A stretch of DNA of 40,196 bases from a bacterium (GTDB taxonomy: Bacteria; Patescibacteriota; Minisyncoccia; UBA6257; GWB1-50-10): the NCBI GenBank assembly GCA_027310235.1, contig DAIDBF010000008.1, positions 1-40,196 on the forward strand, read 5' to 3'. Each line of letters starts with the position of its first letter. Positions within the stretch are counted from its first letter, which is position 1. Below the pieces are notes generated by a model. That model searched no databases. It saw only the letters and a program-made list of their open reading frames with translations, and was not told the origin of the DNA. Both the position numbers and the translations under genes were made by a program. Shown here piece after piece: positions 17,061-24,466 of the stretch.

Positions 17061-18914
17061 TTATTTCTTTAATCTATTCTGATAGTACCACAAGAATATA
17101 TCCCGCGCCACCGGCACGACATTCAAACTTCCCTCTCTCGCGTTCTCGATCAAGATCACAATCGCAATTTCAGGATTCTCATATGGAGCGAACCCGACGA
17201 AGAACGCGTTCGTCTTCGTATTATTTGAAACCTGCGCCGAGCCCGTTTTCGAAGCGACGTCGATCGGAAGATCATGCAGAAGATACCCCGTACCGTACGG
17301 TTTCGTAACTCCGTCGCGCATTCCCTGGCGCACGAGCGAAATGGCACGCCCCGCTTCTCCGCTCAAATCGATCCGTATCGATTCCTTGTTTTCCAAAACA
17401 ACGGCTCCTTTCGGATCTTCCGCATCTTTCACGATGCGGGGCGTATATAACTTCCCGCCGTTCGCGATTGCGGTGATGTAATTCAAAAGTTCGATCGGGG
17501 TAACCGCAAAATCTCCCTGGCCTATGCTTACATTGAACGTATCCCCCAGCCGCCACGGTTCGCGCTTTGTCGCTTCTTTCCACGCGGCATCGGGAAGGAA
17601 TCCCGTATCTTCACCCGGAAGATCGATGCCGGTTTTCCGATCGAGTCCGAACTTTTGCCACCACTTCTTCAACCCGGAAATACCCAGTCCGCGCTGGTCG
17701 CCGAACCCGCCGCCCACTTCGTAAAAATATACATTGCTTGAACGCGCGATCGCCGAGTACATATCCACCCATCCTTGCGGGCGCCAATCCAAAAATCTCG
17801 AGGGATTCGACGGATCGTAGGGATTCGGCACATCGAGATATCCCGGCGAATAGATCTGATGCAATGGATCCAAAATTCCATCGACGAGCGCGCCTGTCGC
17901 CACAAGCGGCTTGATCGTCGAACCGGGACTGTAACGCCCGCTCACTGCTCTGTTAAACATCGGCTCGTACTTCGCATTCAAAAATTCGCTTATGGAACCG
18001 GGATTATACGAAGGAATATTGAAAAGTGCGAGCACTTCCCCGTTCTGGGGATTCATCGCGATTCCTACTCCGACATTCCTTCCGAGTCCTTGGATTGCTG
18101 TCTGCAACCGGTTGTAAAAATAATTCTGAAAATCGCGATCGATATAGGTATTCAAACTGTCGCCGATCTCCGCTTCCCGCACCGCGCGCTCGTCCTGGAT
18201 CTTCCCGCTCGCATTCCTGATAATCATCTTTTCGCCGTCAACTCCGCGGAGATACGAATCGTAAAACGCCTCGAGCCCCGCTCTCCCCATCTGATCGTCG
18301 ATCACGAGATCTTGGTGTTCCGAGAGATCTTGTTCGCTCACGAGCCCCGTATACCCGATGAGGTGCGAGAATGCCAAAGGAGAAGAAGGAACTCGTTCAA
18401 ACGAAGGATCCGCTTCGATGCCCGGCAGTTCCGCCGCAGTAATCGCCACAAGTTCGTCGCGGGAAATACCGTTTTTGAGCACCAATCGCGCACTCAAACT
18501 CCAGTCCCGTTCCCCGATCTTTTTTCGCACCTCGGCGGTATCGAGATTCAGAATCGTACTCACCGCGCCGATTACCTCAACCCGTCGTTCCGAATCGACG
18601 GGCAACATACTCGGCACGAGTACCACATCGAATGCCGGTTCATTCGCGACGAGCGGCTCGTGAAAACGATCGTAGATGATTCCCCGGGGCGCAACCTCGG
18701 TTTTCACGTCGCTCATGTTCAACACTGCGCGCTTTTCGTAAAACGAATGGCTAACCCCTCCCACGTATACGAGCTGCACCACAATCGCCAGGACCGCAAG
18801 GACCGCAATCAAGAGAAACCGTTTGAATACCTTATCCGCGAGCGGAATCTCGAGAAAGTCCTCCTCCGCCGCACGATCGGTCAAAATATCTTCAAGGTTA
18901 AGATCTCCCCGCAT
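17061..18914 (-). CDS. mrdA: penicillin-binding protein 2 (elongasome transpeptidase)
   Basis: It has the motifs STIKP (SxxK), SSN and KTGS, with a TM anchor after MRGDLNLEDIL. The start at 18914 overlaps the mreD stop by 17 nt. The 684-aa track ORF extends spuriously through mreD. Confidence 0.85.
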   Translation of the reverse strand: MRGDLNLEDILTDRAAEEDFLEIPLADKVFKRFLLIAVLAVLAIVVQLVYVGGVSHSFYEKRAVLNMSDVKTEVAPRGIIYDRFHEPLVANEPAFDVVLVPSMLPVDSERRVEVIGAVSTILNLDTAEVRKKIGERDWSLSARLVLKNGISRDELVAITAAELPGIEADPSFERVPSSPLAFSHLIGYTGLVSEQDLSEHQDLVIDDQMGRAGLEAFYDSYLRGVDGEKMIIRNASGKIQDERAVREAEIGDSLNTYIDRDFQNYFYNRLQTAIQGLGRNVGVGIAMNPQNGEVLALFNIPSYNPGSISEFLNAKYEPMFNRAVSGRYSPGSTIKPLVATGALVDGILDPLHQIYSPGYLDVPNPYDPSNPSRFLDWRPQGWVDMYSAIARSSNVYFYEVGGGFGDQRGLGISGLKKWWQKFGLDRKTGIDLPGEDTGFLPDAAWKEATKREPWRLGDTFNVSIGQGDFAVTPIELLNYITAIANGGKLYTPRIVKDAEDPKGAVVLENKESIRIDLSGEAGRAISLVRQGMRDGVTKPYGTGYLLHDLPIDVASKTGSAQVSNNTKTNAFFVGFAPYENPEIAIVILIENAREGSLNVVPVARDIFLWYYQNRLKK

Positions 18915-19380
18915 AATAGTTGCGTATCTGTTTTGTGGCGAGCCATACGAATGTTCCCAAGACCAGGTTGTAGAGCGTTTCCTCGGCCGCAATCCCAAAC
19001 AGAAAGGGTGTGCCGTGCAGTGCGGCGCGTATTCCGAAGAACAGCAACGTTCCCGAAACGATAATAACGAGAAAATCGAGGAAGGGGGTACCGACGAGCT
19101 TCCGGCGGAGTACATACATTCCGAGGATAAGCAGTGAAAGTATCACGACCGGTTCGATCCAGAAACGGAATAAGAACGAGTAGAGCACGATGAAGATGCA
19201 AAGAAGTACGAGAAGCGCCCAAAAAGGAGATCGCTCACCGAAGTTTGTAGCGGTAAGAAACACGGCAAAAAAAATAAGAACCAGATTGGGCACTATTCCC
19301 GAGATCTGGAACATGCGCGTCCCTTCAAAGAAAAGAGTGAGTGCGAGTAGTGCACAAGCAATCGGAAATTTATAATACAT
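18898..19380 (-). CDS. mreD: rod shape-determining protein MreD
   Basis: A 160-aa polytopic membrane protein located between mreC and mrdA. Confidence 0.6.
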   Translation of the reverse strand: MYYKFPIACALLALTLFFEGTRMFQISGIVPNLVLIFFAVFLTATNFGERSPFWALLVLLCIFIVLYSFLFRFWIEPVVILSLLILGMYVLRRKLVGTPFLDFLVIIVSGTLLFFGIRAALHGTPFLFGIAAEETLYNLVLGTFVWLATKQIRNYYAGRS

Positions 19381-19386
19381 AGTCCG

Positions 19387-20094
19387 TCATGAAGGGAAAT
19401 TCGTTACGACAAGAACGCGATCGATGTCTTCGAACTTGAAAAGCGGATCGACCGTGGCGCGAAGCCAGAGTGCATTACTCCCCTCTCGAAAGTCGCTTGC
19501 GTTCCCCAATAAGAGATCCATGGGAAACTCCGGTGCGAGATTCAAGACGGCATCTCCCGCGGTCGTCGATGCATTTTTGGGCAGCAAATCAACGTAAGGA
19601 GTTGCACCGCCCACCAAGACGGCCTTTACCCTCCCCGCTCCCACGGAGACGGTACTTTTCCATGAAGGATCGAAGATCGTTTCGACCTCGCTCTTTGTTC
19701 TTGATACTGTTTTTATCTTCCCCAAAAGAACCTCGGGGGCCGCAAGCACCGGCATTCCTTCTTTCAGCCCGTCAGCCGATCCCGCATTAATGGAGATCGA
19801 GGCATAATCATTGAAGGGATAAAGAGAAAATACCTTTACTTCTTTTACGCGATACTTTCCCGATACAACCGAAGCATCAGAAACGAAGGTGGAGGTGGCG
19901 CATCTCACCGCGAGCGCTTCATATTCGAGATGTAGTTTTTCGAACGAACGATAATCGAAAGAAGGATCGGTTGATCCCACAAGCGCTACCCGCATGTTCG
20001 CGAAAAATCTGACAAGCGGAACGCGCCATATAAAAAGAATGGCGGCGATAAGCACGCATATCGTTACGGTGACGAAAACCCTGAACGACTTCAT
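19387..20094 (-). CDS. mreC: rod shape-determining protein MreC
   Basis: 235 aa. It has an N-terminal TM segment and beta-rich domains (GMPVLAAPEVLLGKI, GDAVLNLAPEFP), and it lies downstream of mreB. Confidence 0.75.
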   Translation of the reverse strand: MKSFRVFVTVTICVLIAAILFIWRVPLVRFFANMRVALVGSTDPSFDYRSFEKLHLEYEALAVRCATSTFVSDASVVSGKYRVKEVKVFSLYPFNDYASISINAGSADGLKEGMPVLAAPEVLLGKIKTVSRTKSEVETIFDPSWKSTVSVGAGRVKAVLVGGATPYVDLLPKNASTTAGDAVLNLAPEFPMDLLLGNASDFREGSNALWLRATVDPLFKFEDIDRVLVVTNFPS

Positions 20095-20219
20095 CCCTCA
20101 CATAACATGCATCAAGCCGTGCTGCATCCATTTCCTCATGCGGCACAGACCCGAGGCATGCTGACTAAACGATCTCTTTTCTTGAGACATACGAACGTAA
20201 TGCATGTTATGTGAGGGGT
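20095..20219. other. structured intercistronic spacer F4 (fills the mreB stop to mreC ATG gap)
   Basis: A perfect 18-bp outer helix pairs ccctcacataacatgcat (20095-20112) with atgcatgttatgtgaggg (20200-20217). An inner hairpin pairs gtgctgca (20119-20126) with tgcggcac (20139-20146). Confidence 0.6.
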
Positions 20220-21245
20220 TCATAATACTACCTTCGAGTTGGAAAACGTATCCAGAATGTTCTTGTATTGCTCCATATTCTCCGTGATGAGTCCCGTTCC
20301 CCGCACCACGCAGAGAAGCGGTTCATCCACGAGATGCACCTTGACGCCGATCTCTTTTTCGAAAAGCTGTTCGACGCCCCGAAGCATGCTCCCCCCTCCC
20401 GAGAGATAGATACCGTTCTTGTACACGTCGCCTACGAGTTCCGGCGGAGTGACGTCGATAAGTTCCTTCAAGGTCTCGATGACCTGTTTTAAGGGCTTCG
20501 TGAGCCAGTATCTGACTTGCGTATCCCGTATTACCGCCTCCCGGGGAAGCCCCGACACCGCATCGCGCCCGCGGATCACGAGATCAAGGCGTTCACTCTG
20601 GGGTATCGCCTCACCCACGGCGATTTTTATCTCCTCCGCCGTCGGCTCGCCGATATGGAGTTTCAATTCTTCCTTTACCCCTTTTACGATTTCGTGATTC
20701 AAATAGTCGCCGGCGATTTTGAGTCGTTTCGAGACCACGATTCCGTTCATCGAGATAATCGCCATATCGGTCGTTCCCGCGCCGATATCGACGACGAGAT
20801 GCGCCGTCGGCTGATTGATGTCGAGCCCGCTTCCCAGCGCGGCCGCGACCAATCGTTCGATGAGATGTACCTTGCTCACTCCCACTTCGCGGAGTAAATC
20901 CTCAACCGACTTCCGCTCCACTTCCGTCAGGTTCGTCGGAACGCTTATCACCGTTTCGGTAAACCAAGACCACGGTATGGAGTTGGATTTCAAAAACCGC
21001 TGTACCATCTCCTTCGCCATGTCGAAATCGCCGATTACGCCGTTTACCATCGGACGAAGCGCCGTCACGTGATTCGGCGTCCGGGAAAGCATTTTTTTCG
21101 CATCGCTTCCCACGGCGACGACGCGATTCGTGCGATTATTGAAGGCAACGATCGAAGGTTCATTCAAAATAATTCCGGTGCCTTTCAAATATACCTGCGT
21201 CGTATCGGTTCCGAGATCTATTCCTATGATTTTTTTGATAATCAT
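20220..21245 (-). CDS. mreB: rod shape-determining actin homolog MreB
   Basis: 341 aa with IGIDLGTDTTQVY, VVDIGAGTTDMAI and GIYLSGGGSMLRG. Confidence 0.92.
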   Translation of the reverse strand: MIIKKIIGIDLGTDTTQVYLKGTGIILNEPSIVAFNNRTNRVVAVGSDAKKMLSRTPNHVTALRPMVNGVIGDFDMAKEMVQRFLKSNSIPWSWFTETVISVPTNLTEVERKSVEDLLREVGVSKVHLIERLVAAALGSGLDINQPTAHLVVDIGAGTTDMAIISMNGIVVSKRLKIAGDYLNHEIVKGVKEELKLHIGEPTAEEIKIAVGEAIPQSERLDLVIRGRDAVSGLPREAVIRDTQVRYWLTKPLKQVIETLKELIDVTPPELVGDVYKNGIYLSGGGSMLRGVEQLFEKEIGVKVHLVDEPLLCVVRGTGLITENMEQYKNILDTFSNSKVVL

Positions 21246-21251
21246 GTTCGT

Positions 21252-22505
21252 TTATTCGTTGAGTATTTTCTCGAACTCTTTCAACTTTACTACCTTTACG
21301 TTTGCTTCATTTCTTCGTTTGATTTCGATTTTATCCTGCACCATTGTCTTTTCGCTCACGACAACCCGCCACGGCAATCCTATCAAATCCGCATCGAAGA
21401 ACTTCTCGCCCGTCGTCGCTCTCGTTCGATCGTCGAAAAGAACCTCGACGCCGCTCTTTACAAGTTCATCATACACGTTCGTCCCGAATTGCTGAAGTTC
21501 CGGCGTCGCTTCTCCAATCTGGAGGAGGTGCGCCTGAAATGGTGCGACCGATTCCGGCCAGACAATTCCTTTCTCGTCGTGATGTACCTCAACAATCGTA
21601 CCCATCAGGCGATCGACACCGATCCCGTAGGATCCCATAACGACGGGGGTCATTTTTCCCTGCGCGTCTTTGTAGGTGAACCCGACGGGTTCCGAAAACT
21701 TCGTACCGAGTTTGAAGATATTCCCTACCTCGACGGTCTTCACCTTATCGATAACGCCGCTTTGGCACTTCGGACAGGGACTTTTCGCCTTCAGTTTCGA
21801 AATCTCCTTGTTCTGCGCGAACCCGCACAAACGGCAGAGAAATGTCTCATCCTCTCCCGCGTCGGTCTCCACCATAAACTCGTGCGAATACTCCTTGGTG
21901 AAATCGCCTCCCGAGGCTTCCGTAATATATGATTTGAGTCCTGCACGGGTGAATATCTTGAGATACGCCTTTTTCGCTTCTTCATAAAACTCGGCAAGCG
22001 ACGCCTCGTCGGTATGAAAACTGTAGAGATCCTTCATGGTAAACTCGCGTCCGCGAAGTAGTCCCGACTTCGCACGCGGTTCATCCCGATACTTCGTCTG
22101 AATTTGATACACCGTACGCGGCAGGTCGGCATAAGAATCAATAACCGTCTTCCCGATAACCGCCATGATCTCCTCATGCGTCGGCCCGAGACCCACTTCG
22201 CGTCCCGAGTGATCCTTGAACTGGTACATAATCTTCGCCATCCCCTCCCATCTTCCCGTCGCATCCCACACTGAGCGCGGATGAAGCGCGGGCATGAGAA
22301 TTTCCGCGGATCCCAAGGCATTCATCTCTTCTTCGATGATGCGGATGACCTTCTCGCGAACACGCCATCCCAAGGGCAAATAGGAATATACCCCCGCCAT
22401 CAATTTCTCAACGAAGTTGCCCCGAATAAGGAGCTGGGCATTTATTGCGACCTCATCCCTTGGGAAGTCCTTCTGGGTTCTGAAAAACAATTGCGACTGC
22501 CGCAT
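21252..22505 (-). CDS. proS: prolyl-tRNA synthetase (bacterial-like core without a full INS editing domain)
   Basis: 417 aa with class II motifs (RDEPRAKSGLLRGREFTMKDLYSF, GSYGIGVDRLM). A CRLC...CPKC segment sits where the INS domain normally lies. Confidence 0.9.
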   Translation of the reverse strand: MRQSQLFFRTQKDFPRDEVAINAQLLIRGNFVEKLMAGVYSYLPLGWRVREKVIRIIEEEMNALGSAEILMPALHPRSVWDATGRWEGMAKIMYQFKDHSGREVGLGPTHEEIMAVIGKTVIDSYADLPRTVYQIQTKYRDEPRAKSGLLRGREFTMKDLYSFHTDEASLAEFYEEAKKAYLKIFTRAGLKSYITEASGGDFTKEYSHEFMVETDAGEDETFLCRLCGFAQNKEISKLKAKSPCPKCQSGVIDKVKTVEVGNIFKLGTKFSEPVGFTYKDAQGKMTPVVMGSYGIGVDRLMGTIVEVHHDEKGIVWPESVAPFQAHLLQIGEATPELQQFGTNVYDELVKSGVEVLFDDRTRATTGEKFFDADLIGLPWRVVVSEKTMVQDKIEIKRRNEANVKVVKLKEFEKILNE

Positions 22506-22514
22506 ATAAGGGAG

Positions 22515-22543
22515 ATTGTACCAGAGGTTTTTCCCTGTTACAA
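22515..22543 (-). promoter_or_regulatory. sigma70-type promoter of the proS-mreBCD-mrdA-greA-lysS-serS gene string (TTGTAA, 17-nt spacer, TGGTACAAT), 9 nt from the ATG
   Basis: The minus strand reads TTGTAACAGGGAAAAACCTCTGGTACAATCTCCCTTATATG. Confidence 0.55.
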
Positions 22544-22559
22544 ATAAGAAGGAATAAAA

Positions 22560-22589
22560 ATCTATCGAGGCCGGGCCTCCTTAATATTG
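22560..22589 (-). terminator. GC hairpin (GAGGCCCGGCCTC) with a downstream T-run; first copy of a 30-nt direct repeat
   Basis: The minus strand reads CAATATTAAGGAGGCCCGGCCTCGATAGATTTTTATTCC, downstream of the Cys-rich gene. The same 30-mer, with 2 mismatches, recurs at 24429-24458. Confidence 0.5.
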
Positions 22590-22648
22590 AACTCCCACTA
22601 CCTCCCTTTAATAGCACGCCTCACAACCACAACGCCTTCGGGTCGGGG

Positions 22649-22683
22649 CTCCGACCTCCGACATATTCGTCGGAGCGTCGGAG
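22649..22683. other. 14-bp inverted repeat hairpin in the 3' region of the Cys-rich gene
   Basis: The sequence is ctccgacctccgac-atattc-gtcggagcgtcggag, with one bulged base. Confidence 0.5.
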
Positions 22684-22693
22684 TACACCCTCA

Positions 22694-24415
22694 TTATATT
22701 ATCTCGGCTTGGTAACATGATTCACAATATATTATTTCCTTTCGATCCGGAGCGTAGGAGGTCTCGAACTCGTTAGGACATGATTCGTTTCCATGAAAAT
22801 GAGAGGCTGTGTTCCGATACCCGTTTTTCTTCGTTGAAGATTCTGAGGATAAACACTGACATCGCCGGAGCCACAGTCGATAAGGTTGCCGATCGGCGCG
22901 ACGTTCGGCAAAGCCACATTGAGGGCACTTTCGCGGGAGTGGCAGATTGAATCGCTTATAGAATTGAAGCTCGGCTGGGATAATTCGATAGTTCCTTCCA
23001 CACAAGACGCAACTTAAAATCTCCTTCGAAATATTTTCTGTAACATCCTTGATATTGTCAGGAATCTTATCCGACGAAAGTGTTTCTTTCCTGGTTGTAT
23101 ATTGGAAATCGCTTTGCCATCCATATCCCAACTCTCGCGCGTGAGATTCTTCGAGAGGATAGTGATCATGCGCAACGGTCTCATTATACGCAAACGTGGA
23201 GAATGCCGCCCCCGGATGTTTTTCCAACTCTCCTCTCCTCTCGCAATCGGCAAGAATACGCGTATATTCATCTTTCGTATATTGTTTGTTCAGCAAACAG
23301 TATTCTTTCTTTTTCAGCCCTGTGGAAGCCGTACAGCTTGAACAGGTAATGAGACTATCGCAGTATGAGCAGTCCGCTGAATTTGCCAGATTGAAACAAA
23401 ACTTAAGATTGGTACCTCCCTTGATCACGGAGCAAGCATAGAAAAATTCTACCGGCTCTACGCCAATCGAGTAGGAGTACATACCGCGACCGGAATTCAA
23501 AATGCTCGCCACCGATTTAACATCCTTCACATTAAAACCGTCAAAGCACCAGTGTGCGTTATTAGTCCCTTCAAGATAATTTCCTTCGATGTTGTTTGAC
23601 TTCAAAATAAAAGCAAAGCGTCGCAGTGCCTTTTTCTTTATCTCAAAATATCGTTTCTCCTGCTCATGGTGATTCACCCAACCACCCGCGAATGCTTCGG
23701 ATTTTATCTTCTCAAACTCTTCTTTGGATACTTGTCTGTTGAAGGCATACCAAGATTTATTTCTCAGATTCCAGGAAAAAATACAGTTAGAACACCCCTT
23801 AAGATCATAACTAAAATAACACTCCGAGCAATCCGAGGAATCCTGCAAATAGGCGCAACGAAAACATTTTGATACATCAATACAGTACGCTAAGAGTTCG
23901 CTTTCAACCGCTTTACTCGATGCAATAACGTCCTTCACGTTATTAATCCACATCGAATAGATACCATTCTCACATCCCGCCACCAAGTAACTAAAATAAA
24001 CATCTTTGGAACTACGGACGTGGTTTCCATAATCACAATTCGTAGAATTGATGATAATGAGCGCCTCTCGTGGAACCCTTAACTGAAGCTCTTTGAATTG
24101 ATCGAGAAGTGGCTTTTCCAGATCATAGTCAGTGGCATAATCGGTGCCATCCCATCCATCCGACCACCAGCAATCATGACACCATACCACGTAAGGAGAT
24201 GAGGGATGATACATAGAAAGAATCGGCTTTTTACAATGTGCACATGTGCTCTTATAGAGATTGCGCTCGTTGCGCCACGCCATAACACTGCCTACTCCGC
24301 ATATAGAACAAAGCACGGGCGGCTGAACCTTCATTTGTCTGCAAAAATCTACATCCTCGGGCTCAAGCACAAAGGAGTTTTTGCAATTCTGACACTTTCT
24401 TGTTTCCGAGTTCAT
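22694..24415 (-). CDS. large Cys-rich protein of unknown function (terminal zinc-ribbon-like modules and central CxxC repeats)
   Basis: 573 aa. The N-terminus is CQNCKNSFVLEPEDVDFCRQMKVQPPVLCSICG...CAHCKKPI...CHDC. The centre carries repeated C-x2-C and C-x-C units. The C-terminus is CVLCGRNYRIIPAELQFYKRFNLPLPRKCPQCG...CPNEFETSYAPDRKEIIYCESCY. A paralog lies at 39472-40196. Confidence 0.7.
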   Translation of the reverse strand: MNSETRKCQNCKNSFVLEPEDVDFCRQMKVQPPVLCSICGVGSVMAWRNERNLYKSTCAHCKKPILSMYHPSSPYVVWCHDCWWSDGWDGTDYATDYDLEKPLLDQFKELQLRVPREALIIINSTNCDYGNHVRSSKDVYFSYLVAGCENGIYSMWINNVKDVIASSKAVESELLAYCIDVSKCFRCAYLQDSSDCSECYFSYDLKGCSNCIFSWNLRNKSWYAFNRQVSKEEFEKIKSEAFAGGWVNHHEQEKRYFEIKKKALRRFAFILKSNNIEGNYLEGTNNAHWCFDGFNVKDVKSVASILNSGRGMYSYSIGVEPVEFFYACSVIKGGTNLKFCFNLANSADCSYCDSLITCSSCTASTGLKKKEYCLLNKQYTKDEYTRILADCERRGELEKHPGAAFSTFAYNETVAHDHYPLEESHARELGYGWQSDFQYTTRKETLSSDKIPDNIKDVTENISKEILSCVLCGRNYRIIPAELQFYKRFNLPLPRKCPQCGFAERRADRQPYRLWLRRCQCLSSESSTKKNGYRNTASHFHGNESCPNEFETSYAPDRKEIIYCESCYQAEII

Positions 24416-24428
24416 GCGATGTTTTTCA

Positions 24429-24458
24429 ATCTATCGAGGCCGGGCCTCGATAATATTG
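24429..24458 (-). repeat. second copy of the 30-nt hairpin repeat, between the ddl stop and the Cys-rich gene ATG
   Basis: The sequence atctatcgaggccgggcctcgataatattg compares with atctatcgaggccgggcctccttaatattg at 22560-22589. Confidence 0.6.
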
Positions 24459-24466
24459 TGGATAAC

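Noticed and set aside
17061-19115. Extended N-termini suggested by the ORF track for mrdA (19115), mreB2 (29600), greA (16940), rplQ (36492), the substrate-binding protein (35023) and the pilin (9444).
   Set aside because: The extensions run through upstream genes or through the structured repeats and lack homology. Internal ATGs give canonical N-termini such as [32 protein letters not shown] and MQKKF...GFSLVE.
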